From Candidatus Oxydemutatoraceae bacterium (GTDB lineage: Bacteria; Pseudomonadota; Gammaproteobacteria; Poriferisulfidales; Oxydemutatoraceae): 64,000 nt of DNA. This document shows positions 39,764 through 50,047 of this stretch, piece after piece. Where the stretch lies: NCBI GenBank assembly GCA_965220085.1, contig CBDCOZ010000003.1, positions 1,963,667-2,027,666 on the forward strand, written 5' to 3'. The notes beneath the pieces are model-generated. The model saw only the letters and a list, made by a program, of their open reading frames with translations, was not told the DNA's origin and did not search any database. The position numbers and the translations under genes are program-made. The first letter of the stretch is position 1. Each line of letters starts with the position of its first letter.

Positions 39764-41665
39764 TTATTTTGTTACTTCACAGTAGAAAATACGTTCCGCA
39801 TTATTCCTTCCGTTACTTTTTCCTGTTGTGAAGGCTTTGTAATCTTTTTCAAAAATTTCGACATCGCCCTTATCATTCAGGATTTGCAAAATGTCGTTAT
39901 CATGTATCCGTGCATTTGAACGTCCGTCTTTTGAATCTCCAGTGTTGTTATATGATAGTAAAATGTGTTTGCAATCGGCATCTCTTATCAAACCTGCAAG
40001 TGCACTCGTTGCGCTCTTGAGGCAATAATCGCTCTTGATGTGTGAACGAGCCATCTTTTTACTAATTCCAACAACTTGCGGCCTTTCCCATTCTGCAAGA
40101 TTTTCTAAAAGATGATATGCATCCGAGTATTGGCGCGAATTGTATGGCGGGTCAATATATAAAACATCACAGGAGATTTTTCGTATAAGTGTATTTGCAT
40201 CTTCTTTATAAATCTCATTATTTATGTTGCGTGAATAATCAATATCGGGAACAAGTAACTTTATTGGTTGGAGCATATCTAGCCTTTTACGAAAAGCGTC
40301 ATAATGCCCAACAGTATTTGCCACTTTATCAACTGCGTAAATAAGAGAACAAATCAAGAGATTTCTCTCATCTTTGCCTTCTATGCTTCTGTCAATCTCT
40401 TCTCTAATCACACCTATTTTCCTTGCATTTTCTTCTGTGAAGTATGTTCCGCCAAAGTGTTTTGAAAAATAATTTTCCTTGTCGCTTGGCAAATTGTTGA
40501 GATATTTTATTTTTTCAGAAATACTTTTTTGAGGCTCTTTGCTTACTCCCAAGAATGCTTGTAGGCAAGTATAGTTTGCAAAAAGAAAATCATTGGAAAT
40601 AATCTTTATGCTTGGGTTATTGAACCTTGCCCCGACAACACCGGTTCCCGCAAAGATATCGCAAAACGAGCCTACTAATCCGCACTTCTCGGAGATTATA
40701 TCTTCAACAAACCCGAGTAATTTATATTTATTACCTAAATAACGTCTGTTTTGAAGTTGAAAATATCCGTTTTTTGAACCCCGCGGTTGGAAATAATGCT
40801 TATAGTTTTTTTGAACACTAGCCCCATAAGCAGGCCTTTCAATTTCTAACAAATCAAAAAGTGTTCCTTGCGCTCCGTCCGCAACATAATCAAAACTTTC
40901 GTTTTGGTCTTTTAGTTTTTCGTAAAAACTAAAATCTCCTTTTGATGAAACGATAATAAAATCAATAACAGGTATTCCCATTATATTTCCCGCTTGCACG
41001 ATTTTCTCTACAACCTCAATATCCTTTTTACTGGGCAACGAATCGCCAGATGGATGATTGTGTACCAAAATTACACTCGCGGCATTGAGTTCTATCGCAG
41101 AATAAAAAATTTCTCTTGGATGAAGTAATGTCTTGTCAGCAAGTCCAATACTTACAACTTCTTTTCTCAACAAGACATTTCGTGCATTTAGATACAAACA
41201 AACAAGATATTCCTTTTTCTTACTTCGCAAATCATAGGTTAGTGAAGCAATATCTTGAGAGTTTTTTATCACAACCTCGTTTGTTTGATTGTCTGCATAA
41301 AACCTTTTAACGAGAGAAATTGCTGACGCAATTTGTAAGGCTTTGGCTTCGCCAATTCCTGCAACGCTTTTCAAGTCATCTACTGTAATATTCAAAAAGT
41401 TTTTACTAAATCTCTTGATAATTTGTCGTGAGAGCTGCTGAACATTTTTCCCTTTGATTCCACTTCCAAGCAGGATTGACAAAAGATCGCTTTTTGAAAG
41501 TGCCTCTGGACCTTTCTTGAGAAATTTTTCCCTTGGTCTATCAACTTTTGGAATATCTTTAATCTTTGCCATGTTTATTTCACTAATGCACTCAAGGGAT
41601 TTTTTCATTTTGCTTGCACGACTGAGAGAACACACCCAAAGCGTAATGGAGTTGTTGTCGTTCAC
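39764..41665 (-). CDS. Fusion protein: N-terminal RadC-like (HhH + JAB/MPN HNHPSGD) domain and C-terminal Dam-like (D12 class) N6-adenine DNA methyltransferase
   Basis: DRPREKFL…LSILLGSG…VAGIGEAKA…VILVHNHPSGDSLPSKKDIEVV is RadC. NRRYLGNKYKLL…FCDIFAGTGVVG…LYIDPPYN is Dam-like. The start is probably at MAKIKD (~41569). Confidence 0.8.
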   Translation of the reverse strand: MNDNNSITLWVCSLSRASKMKKSLECISEINMAKIKDIPKVDRPREKFLKKGPEALSKSDLLSILLGSGIKGKNVQQLSRQIIKRFSKNFLNITVDDLKSVAGIGEAKALQIASAISLVKRFYADNQTNEVVIKNSQDIASLTYDLRSKKKEYLVCLYLNARNVLLRKEVVSIGLADKTLLHPREIFYSAIELNAASVILVHNHPSGDSLPSKKDIEVVEKIVQAGNIMGIPVIDFIIVSSKGDFSFYEKLKDQNESFDYVADGAQGTLFDLLEIERPAYGASVQKNYKHYFQPRGSKNGYFQLQNRRYLGNKYKLLGFVEDIISEKCGLVGSFCDIFAGTGVVGARFNNPSIKIISNDFLFANYTCLQAFLGVSKEPQKSISEKIKYLNNLPSDKENYFSKHFGGTYFTEENARKIGVIREEIDRSIEGKDERNLLICSLIYAVDKVANTVGHYDAFRKRLDMLQPIKLLVPDIDYSRNINNEIYKEDANTLIRKISCDVLYIDPPYNSRQYSDAYHLLENLAEWERPQVVGISKKMARSHIKSDYCLKSATSALAGLIRDADCKHILLSYNNTGDSKDGRSNARIHDNDILQILNDKGDVEIFEKDYKAFTTGKSNGRNNAERIFYCEVTK

Positions 41666-41845
41666 GCTTCATAAGGCGTGAGATATGCACAAGTTTCAAT
41701 CGTTTCGTTTTTTTAATCAAAACCCTATCGATTTTACTCGTGAAAAGTTTGAACTTTAATCAAAAAAACGCCGCTGAACCTTCCTATAAGAAGAATTGAG
41801 CGACGCAACGAGTGGCACCATGCCGGAGATGTTGACGTTGTAGTA

Positions 41846-41940
<95 letters not shown>

Positions 41941-41972
41941 TATCAATCAGTATTTTATTCCTTGGAATCTGT

Positions 41973-42161
41973 CTAGTCTGTGGTGACTTTTCCAAGTTGC
42001 TCTTTCTTGATCTTTTCATAAATCTCTTCACGATAGACAGAAACACCCCGCGGGGCATTTATACCCAGCCGTGCCTGACCGCTACTGATGTTCAGAACGG
42101 TTACGGTGATATCGTCACCGATCATAAAAGATTCTCCCACTCTTCTAGTTAGAATTAACAC
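41973..42161 (-). CDS. csrA: Carbon storage regulator CsrA/RsmA
   Basis: [23 protein letters not shown]…GINAPR. GTG start after GGAGGG. Confidence 0.93.
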   Translation of the reverse strand: MLILTRRVGESFMIGDDITVTVLNISSGQARLGINAPRGVSVYREEIYEKIKKEQLGKVTTD

Positions 42162-42309
42162 AGTATCCCTCCTGTTAATTTAGCCCGCCTATTATACAAG
42201 ACCCTTGCTTTTGACATAAAAAGGTTTGTTTGTGGCGGAGTTTATCAATCAGATAGTTATTACACCCGATAAAACTGCGCAGCCCGGCTGAACTGCGCAG
42301 CTTCGGTAT

Positions 42310-43359
42310 TTAGAAAGCGTATTGCCAACCGATGGTTGTACGATAATCTACTTCCAGTTGCGGGCCATCCAGATGTTGGTAAACCGGCATGCCGAATTCC
42401 AGCGCAAGGCGATGGTCAGCCAAAGGCCCTTCGTGCCATAACCAATTCATACCGGCGAGCAAATCAACCCGTTTGCCGCCGCGCAAGTCCGTGCGTGCGG
42501 TCGGCACCAACGCCGGGTTGAGATCTTTGTCACGCCCCTTGATGTCTTGCCACTGTCGCGCGTCAAGGCGTAGCGAGGTGCTCAGGCTGGGTTGCCAGGT
42601 GTAGCTCATCCACGCTGTCGCTCCGTATTCATTGCCCAGACGATACCCTTCGGAATTGTGACCGATGCGGAATGTCCCGTGCAATTGTCCGCCCCACGAC
42701 CAGAGGTCGTGGAAATGCTTCCATACAACAGACAGCATGGGGTCATAAGTTCCCGACCCCAGCTGCATGGCATAAGGCAATTTGCTACGCCCCATAGGGG
42801 TCTGGTCTTTTTTATCGGTGCTGCCGGTAGGCAAACTTAAACCGATGTTGACTTGCAATTGACTGTGATGACCTGATGCATGCCCATCCATCAATGGCCA
42901 TAATAAGGACAGTTTCAAATCACCGAGGCCTTGCGTGCGCGTAGTGAACTCGGCCGCAGGGCAATTAGCAAGCGCTGTCGCTCCGGTGCCGCGAGCGGGC
43001 GGCGGGCAAGCGCCGTGCTCCATGGTTTTGCGCACATAAGGGAGCATCGCCATAAAAGTAAAGTTGTTTTCAAAGCCGTACATGGCACCGAACATATGCA
43101 TTTCCATGTCCATTTCGTACGGTGCGACAACAAATGGCTCTCGCCATACTTCTTCGCGGCTGCGCCGGCTGTTGCCATCGCGATTGCCATCCATATGCAT
43201 GGTTGCGTAGCGATATGAAAACATCCATTCACCTGTGTCGTGTGTATGGTCACCCATCACACCCAGCGGCGCATGGTCGTCGGGCTTTGTTATGGTGCCC
43301 GTGTGTCCTGTCGCCGCAAACAATACGGCAACGAGTAATAGTAAAAATTTATAAAACAT
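42310..43359 (-). CDS. Outer-membrane beta-barrel protein (MetA-pathway/'transporter'-family-like)
   Basis: Signal peptide, alternating amphipathic strands, and a C-terminal aromatic residue (…WQYAF). Confidence 0.5.
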   Translation of the reverse strand: MFYKFLLLLVAVLFAATGHTGTITKPDDHAPLGVMGDHTHDTGEWMFSYRYATMHMDGNRDGNSRRSREEVWREPFVVAPYEMDMEMHMFGAMYGFENNFTFMAMLPYVRKTMEHGACPPPARGTGATALANCPAAEFTTRTQGLGDLKLSLLWPLMDGHASGHHSQLQVNIGLSLPTGSTDKKDQTPMGRSKLPYAMQLGSGTYDPMLSVVWKHFHDLWSWGGQLHGTFRIGHNSEGYRLGNEYGATAWMSYTWQPSLSTSLRLDARQWQDIKGRDKDLNPALVPTARTDLRGGKRVDLLAGMNWLWHEGPLADHRLALEFGMPVYQHLDGPQLEVDYRTTIGWQYAF

Positions 43360-43463
43360 TTTAGTCTCCTGTATTCTCAATAAAATATCCTGAAGTACAT
43401 CCCGTTCATCAGGCGGGACGCGATTACCCGGATTTAAGTAATCTCCGACGCGAACGGCCGGAA

Positions 43464-43841
43464 TCAGGAGACTATGGGCGGGGCGCGCGAAGCCCAGTGG
43501 TAAGAAGCTGCAATGGTATCGGGTTGGACATGCGATAGCGCAGTCCCGGCGACAATATGCCAGTCGCTTTTGACTATCATCGGCGCATCGGATGAAGCGT
43601 TTGAATCAGCCAGCCGGCCGACTTCCATCAACGCACACAAACACGTAGCCAACTGCTCGCTTGTGTGGGACATATGCCCGGCATGGTCACTCTCGGCTTG
43701 TTGCTGCGAGTGAATCTGTGCCTCTGCGCAAACACCGCCCCCCGGTAAAGCAAAGACCAGTGGCAAAGCGGCTTGGAAAAGTAACGCACCAAGCATGGCG
43801 CGTCCGATAAAACCGTGGGTTGTCATCCTCATTACTCGCAT
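43464..43841 (-). CDS. Small secreted His-rich protein (possible DUF2946-like metal-binding protein)
   Basis: Signal peptide plus the His-rich segment …DHAGHMSHT… The start is uncertain. Confidence 0.35.
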   Translation of the reverse strand: MRVMRMTTHGFIGRAMLGALLFQAALPLVFALPGGGVCAEAQIHSQQQAESDHAGHMSHTSEQLATCLCALMEVGRLADSNASSDAPMIVKSDWHIVAGTALSHVQPDTIAASYHWASRAPPIVS

Positions 43842-43902
43842 AGACCTGTATTGCGATAATGCACTAATTTGCCCGGCATGACAAATGACAGAGGTATGGC
43901 GA

Positions 43903-45144
43903 CTATTTCCCGTCCGTCTCCGCTTGATCCAAGCCGAACGCATCGTGCAACACGCGCACTGCCGTCTCCATAGATTTTTCTTCTATGACAACAGAAATCT
44001 TTATTTCTGAAGTTGATATCATTCGGATATCTATGCCCGCATTTGCCAAGGTCTGAAACATCTTCGTAGCGATGCCGGCGTGTGAGCGCATGCCGACACC
44101 GACTACCGACACCTTAACAATGGAGTCGTCGCCGCGTACCCGCCCCGATCCAAAAGTAGCGACACTCTGCTCAAGTATCTCACGCGCACGCTTGTAATCT
44201 CTGCGGTGTACGGTGAAAGTAAAGTCAGCTTCGCCGCTTTGCGAACCGACATTCTGCACAATCATATCCACTTCTATGTTGGCATCGGACACAGGCCCCA
44301 GTATCTGCGCTGCGATACCGACTTGATCGGGCACCCCGCGCACGGTCAACTGCGCTTCATCCTGATTGAATGCAATCCCCGCTATCTTTGCGTTTTCCAT
44401 CAATTCTTCTTCGCCTTCATAAGTGATGAGTGTCCCCTTCCCCTTGTTAAAGGTGGAAAGCACCCTGAGCGGCACATTATACTTGCCGGCCAACTCAACC
44501 GAGCGGATTTGCAATACCTTGGAACCGAGGCTTGCCATCTCAAGCATCTCCTCAAAGGTAATCCGCTTGAGCCGCCGCGCTTTGGGCTCTATGCGCGGGT
44601 CGGTTGTATAAACGCCATCGACATCGGTGTATATCTGACATTCCTGCGCTTGTAATGCAGTAGCGAGTGCCACCGCACTGGTATCGGAACCGCCGCGTCC
44701 GAGCGTGGTGATATTGCCCGCGGAATCAACCCCCTGAAAACCGGCAACGACGACGACACGCCCCTTATCAAGCTGACTGTCAATCGTCTGGCGGTCAATC
44801 GACATGATGCGCGCACGATTATAAACATCATCGGTGGCGATACACGCTTGCACACCGTTCATTGATACGGCATCTATGCCCAGTTTGTTCAACGCAATCG
44901 CAAGCAGCGCGGCACTCGCCTGCTCGCCTGTTGCAAGCAATGCATCAAGCTCACGCCCGTAGTAGCCGTTGCTGATATCACCGGCAAGCTTGATAAGGCG
45001 ATCGGTCTCACCGGCCATTGCGGACACAACGGCGACAACCTTGGTGCCTTGCTTGTGATCTGCCGCAATCAGTGATGCGACATGGCGAATCATCTCCGGC
45101 GAGGCGACCGAAGTCCCACCAAATTTCTTTACTATCAGGGGCAT
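43903..45144 (-). CDS. lysC: Aspartate kinase
   Basis: KFGGTSV N-terminus and two C-terminal ACT domains. Confidence 0.93.
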   Translation of the reverse strand: MPLIVKKFGGTSVASPEMIRHVASLIAADHKQGTKVVAVVSAMAGETDRLIKLAGDISNGYYGRELDALLATGEQASAALLAIALNKLGIDAVSMNGVQACIATDDVYNRARIMSIDRQTIDSQLDKGRVVVVAGFQGVDSAGNITTLGRGGSDTSAVALATALQAQECQIYTDVDGVYTTDPRIEPKARRLKRITFEEMLEMASLGSKVLQIRSVELAGKYNVPLRVLSTFNKGKGTLITYEGEEELMENAKIAGIAFNQDEAQLTVRGVPDQVGIAAQILGPVSDANIEVDMIVQNVGSQSGEADFTFTVHRRDYKRAREILEQSVATFGSGRVRGDDSIVKVSVVGVGMRSHAGIATKMFQTLANAGIDIRMISTSEIKISVVIEEKSMETAVRVLHDAFGLDQAETDGK

Positions 45145-45148
45145 GCTG

Positions 45149-45931
45149 CTATCTCAAAATCTGCGGGAAAGTAATGCCTTCCGGCAAGGAATGACTTGCG
45201 TCATATTCTACCCCAACAAGATATAAGCCCTTGCTTGGTGCTGTAACACCGCCGGAGCGCCGGTCGCGTTGGGCCAGAACTTGTGCCGGCCAGTCACACG
45301 GCTGCTCGCCGTGCCCGACTTCGATTAACACCCCGGCAATGTTTCTGACCATGTGCTGCAAAAACGCATTTGCGCAGATATCAATATATATGAAGCAACC
45401 GTCGCGCCACACCCGCAGGCTTTCGACTGTGCGCATCGGCGAGCGCGACTGGCAACCCGCACTGCGGTAGCCGGAAAAGTCGTGCTCGCCAACGAGTGCT
45501 TGCGCGGCATCGTGCATTGCATCGGCATTGAGTGTTTGACTGATGCGCGTACAACGATTACGCAGTAAGGCGGATGGCACATCATCGTTCAGTATCACAT
45601 AGCGATAGTGGCGGCGGATTGCGCTGACACGGGCATGGAAGTCATCGCTGGCCGCCTGCACCCGGCGCAAGCATACATCGTCCGGCAAGTTTGCATTGGC
45701 ACCTCGCAACCACTCGCGAGGTGTGCGCGATGCGGCGGTATCAAAATGTATTACTTGCCGCCACGCGTGTACTCCGGTATCGGTACGTCCGGCACACGCG
45801 ACTACCACCGGATGGTCGGCCACTTTAGAAAGCGCGCCTTGCACGCAGTCCTGCACACTGCGCGCGTGCGACTGGCTTTGCCAACCAAAAAAATCTGTGC
45901 CGTCATATTCGACAGCAGCGCATATCCTCAT
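45149..45931 (-). CDS. truA: tRNA pseudouridine(38-40) synthase
   Basis: YDGTDFFGWQ…GRTDTGVHA catalytic Asp motif. Confidence 0.93.
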   Translation of the reverse strand: MRICAAVEYDGTDFFGWQSQSHARSVQDCVQGALSKVADHPVVVACAGRTDTGVHAWRQVIHFDTAASRTPREWLRGANANLPDDVCLRRVQAASDDFHARVSAIRRHYRYVILNDDVPSALLRNRCTRISQTLNADAMHDAAQALVGEHDFSGYRSAGCQSRSPMRTVESLRVWRDGCFIYIDICANAFLQHMVRNIAGVLIEVGHGEQPCDWPAQVLAQRDRRSGGVTAPSKGLYLVGVEYDASHSLPEGITFPQILR

Positions 45932-47241
45932 CCGGGATCACCTCTCACTTTGTCCTTGAGCGCATGAGCGCGCTTGACTTGTGACGGAGTGCCGCGCTTG
46001 ATTACCGCATCAATTATCTCCTGCGCCTCGATGTGATCGCCCATTTCAATATATGTGGTCGCGAGGTTAAGCTGATTGTTAATCTCACTCTCACCATCAC
46101 TGAGCTTCTCTGCGGGCGCGACATATCCGATTTCTTTTTCCAGCTCGCCTTGCCCGGGCAATGCCGTTTTGCGCTGCCGCTCCTGCTGCCGCGTCAGACG
46201 CCTATGCCTGTATTGACGCACCACCATCAGCGCAAGCAACACAAGCCAAAAGGCCGCCAAACCAAACCAGAATTGGCGCGACAACAAAGCCCGCTTGTCC
46301 CAACCCTCTCCTCTGGCATACTCCCGCGCACGGTCGAGCAACGAAGCGATGCCCTGCGGCTGTTGCTCCGTATCTTTTTGCGCAGCCTCCTCCAATAATT
46401 GATGCTTGAGCGCGGTAATCTGATTTTCCATCGCTGCCATTCTGTTTTTTATCGCGCCCATCTGATCGTCAGAACCACCATCGACATAAACATCGCTTGT
46501 AAGATCACCGGCTAAAAGCTTTTTCAACAGCGCTCGCTCACGATCCGCAAACAATACGCGGCCCATCGCACGCAAGGCACCGTGTGTCTTTGTGTCTTTC
46601 GCAAATTCAGCCTTGGCATCGGCGCTGAGCAAGGCTTGAAAACCGTTGACAAATGATTCGTCCGGCTGAGTGCCGCCTAATCTGAACACGATGTATTTTG
46701 TTTCCAACCCGGCATCGTCGGTGATGAGTCGGCGCAGGCTGCCAAGCACTTCAATGCGAGTCAGACCTGTCGCATCTGCGATGCGATTTAGAATCTGCGA
46801 CAAAACCTCGGCCGCGGTTAATACATCCGGTGGCGGCGGGGCGGGCGGTGTCAAAACAACGGCGTATCTTTTAACGAGCTCACCTTCTGCCGTAACCAGG
46901 CCGACCACCAGATTGAAACGCTCCGCATTGACCGCGCCGATGCTGCTCACCGCGATATGCGGATTAGCGGCGGTCATGACAAGCTCTGTCACGATACGCT
47001 CATGCAAGTCAGAGTATTCAATATTGACCTTCTGATACAGTGCCGCTCCATGCGGCAATAGCCTGATTGCGGAGAGATCCTCCGCAGAAGACAGCGGAAT
47101 GTGAACATCCAATGTCTGCCCGGGCAGGCTTTCAACCCGCAACTCACCCAACTCAACAGCGGCAGCAGTCTGCCATAACAACGAGAACCCGAGCGATAAA
47201 CACAGCAATATGCTCGTGTGCCTGTGTACTTTACCCATCAA
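45928..47241 (-). CDS. FimV/HubP-like membrane protein (FimV C-terminal domain)
   Basis: Signal peptide, a central TM helix and a C-terminal LNLATTYIEMGDHIEAQEIIDAVI motif. asd–fimV–truA synteny as in Pseudomonas. Confidence 0.6.
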   Translation of the reverse strand: MMGKVHRHTSILLCLSLGFSLLWQTAAAVELGELRVESLPGQTLDVHIPLSSAEDLSAIRLLPHGAALYQKVNIEYSDLHERIVTELVMTAANPHIAVSSIGAVNAERFNLVVGLVTAEGELVKRYAVVLTPPAPPPPDVLTAAEVLSQILNRIADATGLTRIEVLGSLRRLITDDAGLETKYIVFRLGGTQPDESFVNGFQALLSADAKAEFAKDTKTHGALRAMGRVLFADRERALLKKLLAGDLTSDVYVDGGSDDQMGAIKNRMAAMENQITALKHQLLEEAAQKDTEQQPQGIASLLDRAREYARGEGWDKRALLSRQFWFGLAAFWLVLLALMVVRQYRHRRLTRQQERQRKTALPGQGELEKEIGYVAPAEKLSDGESEINNQLNLATTYIEMGDHIEAQEIIDAVIKRGTPSQVKRAHALKDKVRGDPG

Positions 47242-48259
47242 TGTAATCGCGCAACATGATTTCCGCTATCTGCACACTGTTAGTTGCGGCACCTTTACGC
47301 AGGTTATCACTGACAACCCAAAGGTTGAGGCCGTTAGGATGTGAAATGTCTTTGCGGATGCGGCCGACAAAGACATCGTCGCAACCGCTCGCTTCGGTTG
47401 CCGCGGTCGGATAACCGCCGTCGGCCTGTTCGTCGATGACGACAACGCCGGCGGCGGTTGCGAGTGCTTCCCGCGCATGTTCAACATCTATCTGCTGTGC
47501 ACATTCAATATGTACCGCTTCGGAATGACCATAGACCACAGGAACCCTGACCGTTGTCGGATTGACAAGAATAGATTCGTCTTCAAATATCTTTTGCGTC
47601 TCCCACACCATCTTCATTTCTTCCTTCGTATACCCGTTGTCCATGAAGACATCTATCTGCGGCAGCGCATTAAAAGCAATCTGCTTGGGATACACCCGGC
47701 TTTCAACCGCAGCACCTCCCAATATCGCGCGCGATTGCTCAAGCATTTCTTCAATCGCAGACTGACCGGTGCCGGAAACCGCCTGATAAGTCGCGACATT
47801 AATCCGCTTGATTTTGAACAGATCGTGCAGAGGTTTTAACGCAACCGCCATCTGTATCGTCGAACAATTCGGGTTGGCGATGATGCGGCGGTTGCTCCAA
47901 CCTGCCAGAGCATGCGGGTTGACTTCCGGCACTACGAGCGGAATATCATCCTCATAACGGAAGTGCGAAGTATTATCGACCACAACGCAACCCGCCCCGG
48001 CGGCAAGCGGCGCATATTGCGCGGACACAGACCCCCCGGCTGAAAACAAACCGAGTTCCGCGTTGGAGAAGTCAAACTCAGCCAGATTTATAACCTCCAA
48101 CTCCTTGCCGTTAAAAGTTATCTTGTTCCCGGCCGAGCGCGCACTGGCCAATGGATACAAATTGGCAACGGGGAACTGCCTCTCCTCGAGTATCCGGCAG
48201 ATCGTGCGTCCAACCGCACCGGTTGCCCCGACAACTGCCACATTGATTTTACGTGCCAT
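47231..48259 (-). CDS. asd: Aspartate-semialdehyde dehydrogenase
   Basis: VAVVGATGAVG Rossmann motif and active-site Cys region. Confidence 0.93.
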   Translation of the reverse strand: MARKINVAVVGATGAVGRTICRILEERQFPVANLYPLASARSAGNKITFNGKELEVINLAEFDFSNAELGLFSAGGSVSAQYAPLAAGAGCVVVDNTSHFRYEDDIPLVVPEVNPHALAGWSNRRIIANPNCSTIQMAVALKPLHDLFKIKRINVATYQAVSGTGQSAIEEMLEQSRAILGGAAVESRVYPKQIAFNALPQIDVFMDNGYTKEEMKMVWETQKIFEDESILVNPTTVRVPVVYGHSEAVHIECAQQIDVEHAREALATAAGVVVIDEQADGGYPTAATEASGCDDVFVGRIRKDISHPNGLNLWVVSDNLRKGAATNSVQIAEIMLRDYIDG

Positions 48260-48293
48260 CGCGAAATACCTCGGAATTATTGATTACATGTTG

Positions 48294-49385
48294 CTACAGC
48301 AGGCTGATGTAATGCCTGACGACCGCATCACCAAGTTCGGATGTCGTCACAGGCGCTCCGCCCGCCGCAATATCCGCCGTACGCAATCCTTCTTCAAGCG
48401 TGCGCCCCACTGCGGTCTCTATCCTGTCCGCTTGCGTTTTCATATTCAAAGAATAACGCAAAAGCATCGCCAACGATAGAATCGTAGCCAATGGATTGGC
48501 CAAACCGCGACCGGCAATATCAGGCGCGGAACCGTGCGCCGGTTCGTACAGACCCCAACCGTCCGCGTTCAAAGACGCCGACGGCAGCATACCGATTGAA
48601 CCCGTCAGCATTGCCGCCAAGTCAGACAAAATGTCGCCGAACATATTAGAGGTGACGATCACATCAAACTGTGTCGGGTCGCGCACCAACTGCATCGCGG
48701 CGTTATCCACATAGAGATGGCTCAAGCGCACATCGGGGTAGTCCTGCGCCACACTTTCTACGACCTCGCGCCACAACTCCGACACCTCAAGCACATTCGC
48801 TTTGTCAACCGAACATACTTTGCACCCGCGCTTGGTAGCGGCGGTAAACGCCGCGCGGGCGATGCGCTCAATTTCGTCTTCACGATAGACCATCGTGTTG
48901 ATTCCTTCTCTGACCCCTCCATCGCCGGTCTGTATGCCCCGCGGAGTACCGAAATAGATACCGCCGACGAGCTCGCGCACAATCAGAATATCCAGACCTG
49001 AAATCACTTCGCGCTTGAGGCTGGAGCTGTCGATAAGCGGTTCAAACAACACGGCCGGACGTAAGTTCGCAAACAGATTCAAACTGCTGCGAATACCGAG
49101 CAAGCCGCGCTCCGGGCGTTTATCGCGCTCAAGCTGTTCATACTGCGGCCCGCCGACCGCACCCATCAACGCCGCAGAGCAAGCGCGCGCCAAAGACAAT
49201 GTCTCCTCCGGCAGTGGCGTCCCGCAAGCATCGTATGCCGCGCCGCCAATCAATCCTTGCTCAACATGAATATCCAAAGCCTCGTGTTGGCAGATAGCAT
49301 CAAGCAACTTACAAGCTTCGGCAGTGACTTCAGGCCCGATTCCATCCCCCGGCAGACACAGAATGCTGTGATTGTGGTTATCCAT
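48294..49385 (-). CDS. leuB: 3-isopropylmalate dehydrogenase
   Basis: [13 protein letters not shown] start, NLFANLRP and GSAPDIAG motifs. Confidence 0.93.
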   Translation of the reverse strand: MDNHNHSILCLPGDGIGPEVTAEACKLLDAICQHEALDIHVEQGLIGGAAYDACGTPLPEETLSLARACSAALMGAVGGPQYEQLERDKRPERGLLGIRSSLNLFANLRPAVLFEPLIDSSSLKREVISGLDILIVRELVGGIYFGTPRGIQTGDGGVREGINTMVYREDEIERIARAAFTAATKRGCKVCSVDKANVLEVSELWREVVESVAQDYPDVRLSHLYVDNAAMQLVRDPTQFDVIVTSNMFGDILSDLAAMLTGSIGMLPSASLNADGWGLYEPAHGSAPDIAGRGLANPLATILSLAMLLRYSLNMKTQADRIETAVGRTLEEGLRTADIAAGGAPVTTSELGDAVVRHYISLL

Positions 49386-49390
49386 AAACC

Positions 49391-50047
49391 CTATGCCGGA
49401 CTCTTATTGAACAACCACGGTGTCAGTTTGCGCTTGGCGTTCTCATATTCTTGAATCCGGTCGCTATGCTTCAAGGTCAAACCAATCTCATCCAGACCTT
49501 CCAGCAAACAGGACTTATTAAACGCATCAACCTCAAACTTCCACACCGTCTCGCCATCGCTTAATGTCTGTTCGGACAAATCAGCCGTCAGGCCATATCC
49601 TTCCGTCTTTGCCACCCGCTCAAACAATGTGTCTACCGCATCGGGAGACAATACCACCGCGAGCAAACCGTTCTTAAATGAGTTGCTGGCAAATATGTCG
49701 GCAAACATCGGCGCTATAACCACCCTGAAGCCGGCATCCATCAGCGCCCACACTGCGTGTTCGCGAGACGAGCCGCAACCAAAGTTCTCACGCGCCAGCA
49801 ATATGCTGGCATCGCGATAGCGCGGCTGATTCAATACAAACTCGGCGTTGATTTTGCGCTTTGAATGATCCTGCCCGGGCTCACCGGGCTCCAGATAACG
49901 CCAGTCATCAAACAGGTTGGGACCGAAACCGCTGCGTTTTACCGATTTCAGATATTGCTTCGGGATAATCGCATCGGTATCCGCATTGGCACGGTCTAAC
50001 GGCGCCACAATCCCCCGATGTGTTTTGAAAGCCCGCATCACTCCCAC
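49391..50047 (-). CDS. leuD: 3-isopropylmalate dehydratase small subunit
   Basis: LeuD family sequence throughout. Confidence 0.9.
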   Translation of the reverse strand: MGVMRAFKTHRGIVAPLDRANADTDAIIPKQYLKSVKRSGFGPNLFDDWRYLEPGEPGQDHSKRKINAEFVLNQPRYRDASILLARENFGCGSSREHAVWALMDAGFRVVIAPMFADIFASNSFKNGLLAVVLSPDAVDTLFERVAKTEGYGLTADLSEQTLSDGETVWKFEVDAFNKSCLLEGLDEIGLTLKHSDRIQEYENAKRKLTPWLFNKSPA

